Source: a phage. From it: 64,000 nucleotides of DNA. A model generated the notes under the pieces. The model was not told the DNA's origin, did no database searches, and saw only the letters and a program-made list of their open reading frames with translations. Shown here piece after piece: positions 8,102-18,588 of this stretch; position 1 is the first letter of the stretch; each line of letters begins with the position of its first letter. Position numbers and translations under genes: made by a program. Where the stretch lies: sequence record PX436236.1. One strand, 5' to 3'.

Positions 8102-8287
8102 TTACTCACCTTTAGAGATTTTATCCATAACAAAAGAAATTGAACCAATTAAAAATGCCACTACTAAAGAGATTATATTCTCGGAAGTTGAAAGCATATC
8201 GAGCATGAATCCTGCAAACATACTAAAGCCAAAAGCGGTAACAGCGGCCAGTGCAGTAACATTTCTAATTAATTCACAACGTTTCAT
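8102..8287 (-). CDS. small hydrophobic membrane protein (~61 aa)
   Basis: ATG at 8287 with GGAGA SD (track start 8299 is TTG); single TM-like segment; early promoter at 8324-8352. Confidence 0.4.
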   Translation of the reverse strand: MKRCELIRNVTALAAVTAFGFSMFAGFMLDMLSTSENIISLVVAFLIGSISFVMDKISKGE

Positions 8288-8323
8288 TTTATTCTCCAAT
8301 CACTCATTTGTTTTGATAGGTCT

Positions 8324-8352
8324 ATAGTATCACACCTATAGACCTTGTAAAC
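8324..8352 (-). promoter_or_regulatory. early promoter cassette (GTTTAC-N17-TACTAT) within palindrome
   Basis: ggtctatag...ctatagacc inverted repeat; upstream of 8102-8287. Confidence 0.55.
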
Positions 8353-8354
8353 AA

Positions 8355-8627
8355 TTATTTTAGATAAATTGCATACTTTTTATAACCAGCTGTTTCGTGA
8401 CGCAACCCTTTTTCATTAGCAAAACGTTCAATATTGTTAATTTGATTCTGGTCGAGTTCTGAAGTATCAAAAACAAAAAAGTTTCGCTTATTGCCTAAAG
8501 TTACGTGATTAGTCAAATCGATGTTATAGAGATGATTTATATCATCAATCATAGTCTTAACAGATTTGTTAATTTTTACTTCCTCATTAAGAATAGATTC
8601 AGCGATAAATTCTTGATAAGTTTTCAT
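8355..8627 (-). CDS. ipI: internal protein I-like (capsid-targeted), 90 aa
   Basis: N-terminus MKTYQEFIAE identical to the T4 IPI capsid targeting sequence; position next to 57B as in T4. Confidence 0.65.
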   Translation of the reverse strand: MKTYQEFIAESILNEEVKINKSVKTMIDDINHLYNIDLTNHVTLGNKRNFFVFDTSELDQNQINNIERFANEKGLRHETAGYKKYAIYLK

Positions 8628-8640
8628 TTTGATTTCCGTG

Positions 8641-8682
8641 CGGTTAGTTTGTTTACAAGGTCTATAGTATCATGCCTATAGA
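8641..8682 (-). promoter_or_regulatory. early promoter cassette within 17-bp perfect inverted repeat
   Basis: GTTTACAAGGTCTATAG / CTATAGACCTTGTAAAC separated by 8 bp; minus-strand GTTTAC-N17-TACTAT upstream of IPI-like gene. Confidence 0.6.
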
Positions 8683-8703
8683 CCTTGTAAACACCTTTTT
8701 AAA

Positions 8704-9396
<693 letters not shown>

Positions 9397-9404
<8 letters not shown>

Positions 9405-10158
9405 TTTTATTTCCTAATAATTTATCAATAGTGGTGTATAGTTCAGAAAGAGTGCCGTTATTTTCAATAACAACGTCACCGGGTAAAATTGGTAGACCCG
9501 CTTCAGTGATGTGCGAGTCTTGTACTTGACCGGTTTCAGCGCGAACTACATGAATAATCGTAGCACCCATCGCTCTGAGCGAATCAATTTCGTGTGTTTG
9601 ACGAACATCAGGTACGACATAGTATTTCGCATCAGAGTATATTTTATCAAAATAGTCTAAAGCGAACAACTTAACCCAATACATCTTATCAAATTGGTTA
9701 ACAATAATATCAGTCCCAAGGGTCTGCATGAGACGACGTACTGACCAATTGTTATTTTTATTTATTACTTCAAACAGTTGGTCTTTTGTTTCTTCAGACA
9801 GATACTGGACTGGGGTAAGACCATAATGATATGCGGTACGAACGTCCATTCCTGGAATAGGAAGGATATTATTCAGTTTGACAATAGCATTTTCAAAGAT
9901 ATCAATCACATCATATGGTTTTAAAGGAATGATTTCTTCACGGTCGTAACCGATACCTTCAAAACAGTTAAAATCTAGTTTAGGCATGTAACTACGGTCG
10001 AATACAGGGTCATCAGAGATGTATTCATAGGCTTCAGCCAGATACTTTTTAATAGGACCTGCGAGCTGAAATTTTACCGAATCCATATTTTCGATTACAT
10101 AGTTAGCAACGGTATCCTTACCGCTACGTTTGATTCCTACAATTGATATTAGTTTCAT
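9397..10158 (-). CDS. 1: gp1 deoxynucleoside monophosphate kinase
   Basis: 253 aa; P-loop-like VGIKRSGKDT near N-terminus; synteny. Confidence 0.85.
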
Positions 10159-10748
10159 TATTTTCTCATAGATGGATGCATAGACATACGAGCCACTCGT
10201 TGTTCGGCATACGAATCAATTTGTGGACGACCTGTAACTATTGTACCATCTATTTCTACAGCAAACGATTTGAAGTTGAATGTTGCTGTGGCGATAATCG
10301 CCGGGTCAGAATCCTCTTTATAAGAGTACTGGATTTCCGAGAGGTCGGATGGCCAACCACCGTAGTAATGAATGCTCATTACGATTTTCTGTTTGTTGTT
10401 ATCAAGGATGTGGAGGGTGATAGCTTCCGGTTGACCTTTAGGATGCCAGGCTTCTGAATCATGGGTTACATAGTTGTTTAATGACAACATCCACTTATAA
10501 ACGTCAAGCCACGATTTCAATTCACGGTCCACAAGAAAGTTCACAATCAATGGGTCGAATTCTACAGTAGAACCTGGCAGCTTAGCACGATGTATGCCCT
10601 GGGTCGATCCTGGGACGTCTGAGACCGGAATATGGATACCCGGTAGTGTTACATCTTGTACGTTCAATTTGAATGCCTGCGTCATTCCTGCGTCACTAAC
10701 CTCTAAGATAAAGTTAGTAGTGTTAGTTTGGTTAAATAAACCGTTCAT
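10158..10748 (-). CDS. 3: gp3 tail completion / sheath stabiliser
   Basis: Synteny (1-3-2-4). ORF-track start 10883 is TTG and would overlap gp2 by 53 nt; first ATG at 10748 chosen (196 aa). Confidence 0.65.
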   Translation of the reverse strand: MNGLFNQTNTTNFILEVSDAGMTQAFKLNVQDVTLPGIHIPVSDVPGSTQGIHRAKLPGSTVEFDPLIVNFLVDRELKSWLDVYKWMLSLNNYVTHDSEAWHPKGQPEAITLHILDNNKQKIVMSIHYYGGWPSDLSEIQYSYKEDSDPAIIATATFNFKSFAVEIDGTIVTGRPQIDSYAEQRVARMSMHPSMRK

Positions 10749-10830
10749 AGGGTTCCTATATTGCTTAAGTCCCAGACAGTGTATAATGGTCCTAGGTCTG
10801 TTCCATTCAATAACTGGCTGGGATAATAGA

Positions 10831-11667
10831 TTATGAATTCTTCCATACTTTCTGAGCTGAATAACGCTTACCTTTCGATACAAATTGCTGGAGTGGTAAT
10901 CCTATTACATTAGCCCAATCAGACGGTTTTATCTCTACTAAAGGTCCCTTAATATTTCCAGGGATATAAGCCTTAATCATCACGTCGGCGCCAGCGAATC
11001 CTTTTACCTTACTCCAATCGATTTTTAATTTAGTCGAGTTCGTAATGGTAGGCGTACTCGCGTATTGCTTCAGCAATTCTTCCAGAAATTGCTGACGTGC
11101 TTTAGGTGGAATATAGTGTAAGTTCAGTCCGTACATTAAATTATGCTTACCTAACCCAAGATAAATTATTAAAGGATATTTGTCCCAGTATGGTAGGGTA
11201 TCCTTATGTTTGGCATCATAGATATAAGCATAAAGCTTACCAGGAGACGGTTTAGATACCTGGTGCCCACGAATTCCTTTCTTTAATGTTTCTGTAAACC
11301 ATTTAGCCGATTTATTGTTTACAGCGGCGCCCTCGTTAGCAATCTTATCACGAATACTCTTTCTAAAACTATTCACCAAAATTAATTGACGTTCGGCTTT
11401 GGTTAATTTATTGCCAGGTTTCTTCTGAAGTTTTTCAACCTGTACAGCAGTTTTAATTCGACTCGAGTATCGAGACATCGCAGATGTAAAGCTAGAATAC
11501 TTGATGCCTTTATCTTCAGCGAATTTCTTAGCCGAAACACCTTTAGCCTTAGCGTTGGCATATTCAACGCCTAAAGCTATCCATTGTTGTTCTGAACGAG
11601 TAGGCTTGGAACCTTTTGTAGTTTCAGTAGCCTCGTTGATGTAAGAAAATATACTCATCCTTTCCAT
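10831..11667 (-). CDS. 2: gp2 DNA end-protector protein
   Basis: 278 aa (T4 gp2 ~274 aa); synteny; alternative ATG at 11657 has better SD. Confidence 0.8.
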   Translation of the reverse strand: MERMSIFSYINEATETTKGSKPTRSEQQWIALGVEYANAKAKGVSAKKFAEDKGIKYSSFTSAMSRYSSRIKTAVQVEKLQKKPGNKLTKAERQLILVNSFRKSIRDKIANEGAAVNNKSAKWFTETLKKGIRGHQVSKPSPGKLYAYIYDAKHKDTLPYWDKYPLIIYLGLGKHNLMYGLNLHYIPPKARQQFLEELLKQYASTPTITNSTKLKIDWSKVKGFAGADVMIKAYIPGNIKGPLVEIKPSDWANVIGLPLQQFVSKGKRYSAQKVWKNS

Positions 11668-12104
11668 CCTAATTTTTTCAGTGAGTTTTCGGTAATCAAT
11701 CTGAAATTAATTCCCATTTTATCTGCTGTAGCTTTAGCAGCTTTCCATTTATCTTTATTTACACTCCATGTATAATGTTCGTTGATATATCTCTTTTTAG
11801 CAGCTGTAGTCATTTTAGCAGGCGCCGCTGGAGGATGGGTCTCTTTAAAAGGTTTGACTTCGAAAAAGAATTGTTGACCATTGTCGAACTTCACCCAGAA
11901 GTCCATAAAATACCGACGTTTCTTTCCATCAGCGTTACTAAAATATGGAATCACAACCTCTTCCGAGTTCCACTGGACGACATTAGGATGGTTGTCAAGC
12001 CAACGCATAAGCCATGCTTCCCAAGAGGAACGATATTGGATTTTCTTCCAATCACCTTTATATTTTTGTAAGTTTGTAGGTTTAAATTTCCCTGAGTAGG
12101 CCAT
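11655..12104 (-). CDS. 4: gp4 head completion protein
   Basis: 149 aa (T4 gp4 ~150 aa); late promoter TATAAATA and AAGGAGG SD upstream. Confidence 0.8.
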   Translation of the reverse strand: MAYSGKFKPTNLQKYKGDWKKIQYRSSWEAWLMRWLDNHPNVVQWNSEEVVIPYFSNADGKKRRYFMDFWVKFDNGQQFFFEVKPFKETHPPAAPAKMTTAAKKRYINEHYTWSVNKDKWKAAKATADKMGINFRLITENSLKKLGWKG

Positions 12105-12114
12105 AGTGCCTCCT

Positions 12115-12137
12115 TATAAATATTAATATTATTTATA
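12115..12137. promoter_or_regulatory. divergent late promoters (TATAAATA on both strands) for gp4 and gp53, flanked by 9-bp inverted repeat
   Basis: plus TATAAATA 12115-12122, minus TATAAATA 12130-12137; AGTGCCTCC...GGAGGCACT gives identical SD spacing on both sides. Confidence 0.7.
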
Positions 12138-12149
12138 CTCGGAGGCACT

Positions 12150-12752
12150 ATGCTCTTCTCATTTTTCGATCCTATAAATTACGAATCAAAAACAGTCAAG
12201 CCAGATTCCGGCTCATTAACTGATGCCGATGTACTGAGCGTACCGATGACTGATATATTTAGAAACTATAAAGAATATTTTGATAAAGTGGCTAAAAATT
12301 ATACACTTAAAACATATTATATCAGTGGGGCCCCTCGTCCAGAAGAATTAGCCCATCAACTTTATGGTAACGTGCAATTATATTGGGTTTTATTGATGTG
12401 TAATAACGTATACGACCCTTATTACGGCTGGATTACAGGCCAAGAATCTGCGTATCAAGCAGCTATTCAACGTTATGCTACTGCAGGCGGAAACCAAGTC
12501 CTTTATCATGTCAATGAAAAGGGTGAGAAATTCTGGAATCTAGTAAATACTCCGGAAAATCCTTATACTTGGTACGATAAAGGTGATACAGAAAAACGTT
12601 ATCCTCAATATGAAGGTCCTTTGGCTGCAGTAGATATTTACGAGGACGCCATTCGTAAAAATGAATATAAGCGCGAAATAAAGATTATAGACCCTAATGA
12701 CATCGAGTCCTTTGTTTCCGCTTTAATTAGAGAAATGGAAAAAGCGCTATGA
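12150..12752 (+). CDS. 53: gp53 baseplate wedge protein
   Basis: 200 aa; late promoter and GGAGG SD; synteny before gp5. Confidence 0.85.
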   Translation: MLFSFFDPINYESKTVKPDSGSLTDADVLSVPMTDIFRNYKEYFDKVAKNYTLKTYYISGAPRPEELAHQLYGNVQLYWVLLMCNNVYDPYYGWITGQESAYQAAIQRYATAGGNQVLYHVNEKGEKFWNLVNTPENPYTWYDKGDTEKRYPQYEGPLAAVDIYEDAIRKNEYKREIKIIDPNDIESFVSALIREMEKAL

Positions 12753-14536
12753 TTAACATGTCTGATAATGTAAGTTGGTTCGTCGGTGTAGTTGAAGACC
12801 GAATGGACCCACTCCAACAAGGCCGAGTACGCGTGCGCGTATGGGGTATGCATCCCTATGAAAAGGTGCAAGGTCCTGTAAAAGGCCTTCGTACAGAAGA
12901 TTTACCATGGATGTCGGTATTAATGCCTACATCTTCAGCCTCCGTTTCTGGTATCCAAACAGCCATGACTGGTATGGTTCCAGGTACACAGGTTTACGGG
13001 CACTTTCTTGATAAGTGGAAATTAAACGGACTTGTCCTTGGTACATACGGTTCCGCTTCAAGACAAAAGGCTAATCCTAATGAAGGTTTTAGTGACCCGA
13101 CAGGTCAATATCCACTTTATTTAGGTAACGATGCCGCTGCACTAAACCGAGGTGGTGAAGTTGGATATGATGCCACTTCCAACGTAATACAAGATGCAAA
13201 CACCGATGTAGGTATTAATCCTGACGGGTTGGATTTAAGTCAAGTCAAACCAGACGATAATCCTAATTTCACAATAGAAAACATGCTTCATCGTGATGAA
13301 GGGCTTAGACTGAAGGTATATTGGGATACCGAAGGTTATCCTACTATAGGTATAGGCCACCTTATCACACCACAACCTATTAGAGATATGAATCGAATAA
13401 ACAAAATATTATCTAATCAGGTAGGACGAGAAGTTAAAGGTAACCCTGGTGCAATATCAATGGATGAGGCTTCTAAATTATTCCAAGAAGACCTTAAAAA
13501 AGTCCAAAACGATATAGGTCGGCATAGTGTTGTAGGTCCTGTTTACAATAAAGAAAACCGTTCAAGACAAATGGCTCTTGAAAACATGGCTTTCCAAATG
13601 GGATTAGGTGGATTGGCTAAATTCCGTGGAATGCTTAGTGCAATGCTAATAGGCGATTATAAAAAGGCATTTGAGGAAGCTCGTAATTCAGTATGGTTTA
13701 ACCAAACTAAAGGTCGCGCATCAAGGGTGTCAATGATTATCCTCACAGGTAACATGGAATCATATGGTATTATGGCCCCTAAAGAAAGGTCATTTAATGG
13801 CCGTTCGTATAGAATGATTCAAACCTTTGTGGCCCCTACAAATTCAGACCCTGCCGACCCGTGGACTCCAGAAGACACAAGGATTCTTTTTAAAGAACCT
13901 GATTCTAGTTATAAAGGCGAATATCCATATGTCCAAACCATGCAAACTGAAGGCGGGCATATCCAAGAATTCGATAATACCCCAGGGCAAGAACGATACC
14001 GTTTAATCCATCCTACCGGTAGTTATGAAGAAGTTGCTCCTGATGGACGTAAAACTTCTAAGACGGTAGCCGATGGTTATTATATGACCCAAGGCGATTC
14101 AAATACTTATGTTGGCGGTAATAATAAAGTCAACGTTGGCGGCGATGAAACCTATTATAATATGGCAAACGTGCGCCGTCAAACTGATGGGTCTGAAAGC
14201 ATTCATATTCGAGGGAATGAAACCAAAACTGTAGAAGGTAATGGAACTCTGCTTGTTAAAGGAAATGTTAAAATAGTTATTATGGGTACTGCTGATATAA
14301 CTGTTGAACAAGAAGCATATATTACGGTTGAAAAAGATACAACAGTTAATGTCAACCAGAATGCAGATATAAGCGTTAAACAAAAGGCCACAATCAATGC
14401 TCAAAATATGGATGTAAATGTCGAACAAGATTTAAATTTTGCAGCGACGAACATTAATTTAAACGCATCAAATACTGTGCATATGGATGGCGGTTCATTA
14501 GCTAAAGTATCTGGTGGCAACGTACAGGTCGGTTAA
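12749..14536 (+). CDS. 5: gp5 baseplate hub / cell-puncturing spike with lysozyme domain
   Basis: 595 aa; N-terminus ...SWFVGVVEDRMDP...; T4-lysozyme-like motif YWDTEGYPTIGIGHL; C-terminal beta-helix repeats (VxGxxxxx). Confidence 0.9.
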   Translation: MINMSDNVSWFVGVVEDRMDPLQQGRVRVRVWGMHPYEKVQGPVKGLRTEDLPWMSVLMPTSSASVSGIQTAMTGMVPGTQVYGHFLDKWKLNGLVLGTYGSASRQKANPNEGFSDPTGQYPLYLGNDAAALNRGGEVGYDATSNVIQDANTDVGINPDGLDLSQVKPDDNPNFTIENMLHRDEGLRLKVYWDTEGYPTIGIGHLITPQPIRDMNRINKILSNQVGREVKGNPGAISMDEASKLFQEDLKKVQNDIGRHSVVGPVYNKENRSRQMALENMAFQMGLGGLAKFRGMLSAMLIGDYKKAFEEARNSVWFNQTKGRASRVSMIILTGNMESYGIMAPKERSFNGRSYRMIQTFVAPTNSDPADPWTPEDTRILFKEPDSSYKGEYPYVQTMQTEGGHIQEFDNTPGQERYRLIHPTGSYEEVAPDGRKTSKTVADGYYMTQGDSNTYVGGNNKVNVGGDETYYNMANVRRQTDGSESIHIRGNETKTVEGNGTLLVKGNVKIVIMGTADITVEQEAYITVEKDTTVNVNQNADISVKQKATINAQNMDVNVEQDLNFAATNINLNASNTVHMDGGSLAKVSGGNVQVG

Positions 14537-14537
14537 T

Positions 14538-16601
14538 ATGAATTACTACGATAAAGTTGATGAAGTGGTAGGGACTGTAACAAGTCCCTGTGATGACGCA
14601 GTAGGACCCGGTGAATATCGCCGGGTTAAATGGGAATTATATAACCCAACAGGTGCTTTTATTCAACCTGGGAATGGCGTTGAATGGGATACCGAGATTA
14701 TTCCACTAGCTACACATTTATACACACAAAATCCATTTGGTAATAAGTCCGAAACTTTTCCCGCACCTCCCCCACCGGAAGATGGAACAAGTCAAGGTAT
14801 CTGGTGTGCTAAACTCGGAATATTCTTTATTACGCAATTGGATTTAGAAAATTATGTAGAATCGATTGGTGCAACTCTTTTGCCCGGTAATGATTGGTAC
14901 GGCGCTGATTTATCAAAATCTGTATTGTATAAAACATCTATTGAATATGATATGTATCGCATCGAAAACTGTGGCGGTGTATGGACATCACAAGGCCCCA
15001 GAATGGACCCCAGGACGATGATTGCAGTTACGGCTGATTATCATATGTATGTCAACTTTAACGGCCTTGGTGACTCCCGCAGGGCTTATTTGAAGTACTA
15101 TGAGACAAAACCTTGTACTTATGTTGGACTGGTATTAAATCTAGATGTTGATATGAGTATCCCAGGAACTCCGATTCCGGGACCGGTATCCATCGGGTCT
15201 TTACCGCCAGAAATAACCGGGCGAGCCAGGGCAATAAGCTGTGTTCCTTTTACAGCGGAATTCCCTTACAACGGATTGACCAATGCGATTATGGCTTCAT
15301 GGAATACATCTAGGAATTCATTCAAATTATATTGGGATATGCTCCCTGGATGGCCATCATCTGGTGGAACCGATTGGGAAAAATTCTTCGATTCTGGTTA
15401 TAGTAAGCTATCGGTCGCAATGGAAGAGCTAGGCAACTCGGCTGTTGCTATGTGTCAATATGTTCAGCAAATGGCTTTTCTTGCATTTAAAGATGCCATA
15501 TCACAGGTCTTGAATATTGTTGGCGGTGGGTGGGACTTACTTAAAAGCTTTTTACCCTCGATTACTATTATGGGCATGACTATTGACCTAGAAGACCTCT
15601 GCACTTCAGGTGATGGTGTACAGAAATTAAAAGAAGCATGGAAAAACTTTAATTTAGAAGAAACCATCCAATCGATTTATTCTGCCATTGGGTCTGCATA
15701 CGATTATTCGGTTGAACGCGTCAAGATGTATTCGCGTGACCTTATTGATGCAATTACAGACTTGTATGACTGGGCCTGGTCTCAATTGCTTATGGCTGGT
15801 GTTGCATTATCAAAACTGTGTGTAGACCTCGCTCAAATATGGAGTATGCCTCCTATAGTTCCGAACCCAGTTTGGAGCGTTATTACTGCGGTCAAGGAAA
15901 TGATGAAGCAAGTTAAACCACTGGACATGATAATGAGCGGTAACTTTCCAGGATTCACAGCATCAGATGTTTATCAAATGGTTATGGAAAAGGTAGACCA
16001 GAAAATAGACGAAGCTTATGCAATGATTGAGGCTCTTAAAACCCAGGCACTCAATCTGTGGAATGAGATTAAGCTCAAAAAGCAAGAAGTACAAAAACAA
16101 GCTATTGAATTTAAACAATATCTTTCAGGAATGTACGAAAAAGTTACAGACGAGCTAACTGCTCAGAAGGAAGCCGCATTAGCACAAGCTGAAGCTGCAC
16201 TCGAACTTTTAAAGAATAAATATAATCAGATTAAGAACTCTATTACCGAAAGTCAAACCTCCGTTTCTGATGTATTAGATATGGCTTTAGAAGAATTCAA
16301 AAAACTTCCTATTGTGGCTCAAATGGAAGAACTTCTCGGTATGCTCGGAGCTACTGTAGATGATATCATGGTTATATACGAGAACTCAGTAACTAAAGCA
16401 AAATCTTTATATCACGAATTTACTGATGGTTCCAGGTCAATGAAAGACTTGTGCAAATCAATGTATAACCAAATATCAACATTATCCTTAAGTAAGGTGG
16501 TACAATGGATTAATAAGATGCTGGGAATATTCGGTTTAACGATTGCATTTCCATCCCTTTCCATTTGCATACCTTGTTTAGAATCTCCTACTAGGAATTA
16601 A
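14538..16601 (+). CDS. hypothetical protein, 687 aa, occupying the gp5.1-5.4 slot between gp5 and gp6
   Basis: ATG at 14538 one nt after gp5 stop; ends 1 nt before gp6 ATG; no counterpart of this size recalled in T4. Confidence 0.7.
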   Translation: MNYYDKVDEVVGTVTSPCDDAVGPGEYRRVKWELYNPTGAFIQPGNGVEWDTEIIPLATHLYTQNPFGNKSETFPAPPPPEDGTSQGIWCAKLGIFFITQLDLENYVESIGATLLPGNDWYGADLSKSVLYKTSIEYDMYRIENCGGVWTSQGPRMDPRTMIAVTADYHMYVNFNGLGDSRRAYLKYYETKPCTYVGLVLNLDVDMSIPGTPIPGPVSIGSLPPEITGRARAISCVPFTAEFPYNGLTNAIMASWNTSRNSFKLYWDMLPGWPSSGGTDWEKFFDSGYSKLSVAMEELGNSAVAMCQYVQQMAFLAFKDAISQVLNIVGGGWDLLKSFLPSITIMGMTIDLEDLCTSGDGVQKLKEAWKNFNLEETIQSIYSAIGSAYDYSVERVKMYSRDLIDAITDLYDWAWSQLLMAGVALSKLCVDLAQIWSMPPIVPNPVWSVITAVKEMMKQVKPLDMIMSGNFPGFTASDVYQMVMEKVDQKIDEAYAMIEALKTQALNLWNEIKLKKQEVQKQAIEFKQYLSGMYEKVTDELTAQKEAALAQAEAALELLKNKYNQIKNSITESQTSVSDVLDMALEEFKKLPIVAQMEELLGMLGATVDDIMVIYENSVTKAKSLYHEFTDGSRSMKDLCKSMYNQISTLSLSKVVQWINKMLGIFGLTIAFPSLSICIPCLESPTRN

Positions 16602-16602
16602 A

Positions 16603-18561
16603 ATGGCTACTCCTACGAATTACCAATTAACAAGAACCGTTAACGCTATCCCAAAAGTATTTGTGGGAGCTACGTTTGAAGAGATTAAAAAGAATATTAT
16701 CGATTGGCTTTCTAGCCAGGACGAATTTAAGGATTACGATTTCGTTGGTTCGCGAATGAATATCCTGATTGACATGTTAGCTTACAACACCCTGTATATG
16801 CAGCAGTTTGCTAATACCGCGGTATATGAATCTTTCATCGGTACTGCTAACTTGCGTTCCTCCGTCGTCCAGGCTGCACAGGATAACGGCTATTTGCCAA
16901 GTTCTAAATCAGCAGCCAAAACAAGTATCATGTTGACCTGTACCCAAGCCCTGAATGAAAAGAATATTCGTATCCCACGTGGTACTAAATTCTTGGCCTA
17001 TGCCCGTGATACTTCAGCAGACCCGTATGCTTTTGTTACCACGGAAAACGTTATTGCCGTACGTGATGTTAATAACCAATATCTTCCTATCGTATCTTTA
17101 GCACAAGGTCGTATTATCCGTACTGAACTTAAGTATGACCCTAAAACTCCTATTCTTATTCGTGACCCGGATATTGATAGACAGGAAGTTAAACTTTATG
17201 TCGATGGCGCAGAATGGACTAACTGGACTAATAAATCCATGGTTCATGCTGGTAGTACATCAACAATTTACTATATGCGTGAAACCGTAGATGGTAATAC
17301 TGAATTCTTCTTTGGTGAAGGTGTTGCTGAAAAATCAGTTGCAGGTGGGGTATTAGAAGCTAATTATATTGGTGGTTTAAAACCTGTTAAAGATGCTACC
17401 ATTGTTATAGAATACCTTCGTACAGATGGTGAAGTTGCTAACGGGGCAGTGGACTTTAGTTATGCGGATTCTTTGGCATATATTACGGTTGAAAAAATTA
17501 CAGAAAACTACGATGAAAACCCGGATTATGTAGGTGCTGACGGTGGTGGTGACCCTGAAGATATTGAACGTATTCGTGAACTTGCTGTAGTTAAACGTGA
17601 AGCCCAGATGCGTGCTGTAACCGGTACAGATTATGATACATTCGTTTCGGAGCGATTTGGTTCTATTGTACAAGCAGTACAAACCTTTACAGACCCAAAT
17701 AAACCAGGTTATGCCTTTGTTACCATTAAACCTAAATCAGGATTGTATTTGACGGCAGTACAACGCGAAGATATCCAAAATTATCTTTCAGAATTTAACT
17801 TGGCACCTATTACCCCTTCGGTTATTTCTCCTGACTACTTGTTCTTGAAGCATAAAATTAAGGTTTCATATGCACTGAACAAATTACAGGAATCCGAACA
17901 ATGGTTAACGGCTCAAATCCTTTCCCAAATAGACCGTTATTATATTAACGAAGTTGAAATATTCAACCACGGATTTGCCAAGTCTAAAATGCTGACTTAT
18001 ATTGATAATGCAGACCACAGTATCCTTGGCTCTTCGGCTACGGTAACAATGGTTCGCGAGGTATTAAACTTCTTCAAAACACCTGAAGCAGGTATTAAAT
18101 ACTATAATCAATACACCAACCGTTCTGTAACTTCTAGTGAATTTGAGTTCGTCCCAACAAACGTATCTGATGTTGTTAAATCTTACAACGTACGTATTGT
18201 TGCCACAGATAAAGACGAACGAGGCGATGGTAAAATGGTTATAGGTCCTTTCCGACCTGGCGATGTAATTGAAAACCAATACATCCAACCTTACACCGGA
18301 GATGACTTCGATAAAATGGCAGCGCCTGCAGACCAATCGGTCTACTATGTTATTGGCGAAATTGATTATTACTCGGACTTTATTTTCTGGGATATCGCCG
18401 CAATAGGCCTTACTTCCGACCGTTTTGAAGTCCAGTCTATTGAACTTTATGCAGGGCCAGACCAAGACAACATCTTTACCAAAGACGGTTCTTTAATCGT
18501 ATTTGAAGATGACCTTCGTCCTCAGTACACAACTATAGAGTTGGAACCAATTACAATATAA
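16603..18561 (+). CDS. 6: gp6 baseplate wedge protein
   Basis: 652 aa; strong similarity to T4 gp6 as recalled (YQLTRT..NAIP, RSSVVQAAQDNGYLP). Confidence 0.9.
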   Translation: MATPTNYQLTRTVNAIPKVFVGATFEEIKKNIIDWLSSQDEFKDYDFVGSRMNILIDMLAYNTLYMQQFANTAVYESFIGTANLRSSVVQAAQDNGYLPSSKSAAKTSIMLTCTQALNEKNIRIPRGTKFLAYARDTSADPYAFVTTENVIAVRDVNNQYLPIVSLAQGRIIRTELKYDPKTPILIRDPDIDRQEVKLYVDGAEWTNWTNKSMVHAGSTSTIYYMRETVDGNTEFFFGEGVAEKSVAGGVLEANYIGGLKPVKDATIVIEYLRTDGEVANGAVDFSYADSLAYITVEKITENYDENPDYVGADGGGDPEDIERIRELAVVKREAQMRAVTGTDYDTFVSERFGSIVQAVQTFTDPNKPGYAFVTIKPKSGLYLTAVQREDIQNYLSEFNLAPITPSVISPDYLFLKHKIKVSYALNKLQESEQWLTAQILSQIDRYYINEVEIFNHGFAKSKMLTYIDNADHSILGSSATVTMVREVLNFFKTPEAGIKYYNQYTNRSVTSSEFEFVPTNVSDVVKSYNVRIVATDKDERGDGKMVIGPFRPGDVIENQYIQPYTGDDFDKMAAPADQSVYYVIGEIDYYSDFIFWDIAAIGLTSDRFEVQSIELYAGPDQDNIFTKDGSLIVFEDDLRPQYTTIELEPITI

Positions 18562-18588
18562 ACCTCTTCGGAGGTTTAAGGAGATTTA

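Noticed and set aside
4433-8682. Possible CRISPR-like array suggested by recurring GGTCTATAG-containing repeats
   Set aside because: Repeats are irregularly spaced, sit in intergenic promoter positions and carry -35/-10 elements; no regular repeat-spacer periodicity.
10749-10883. Longer gp3 start (TTG at 10883)
   Set aside because: Non-ATG start overlapping gp2 by 53 nt; first ATG at 10748 gives a size closer to T4 gp3. It remains possible.
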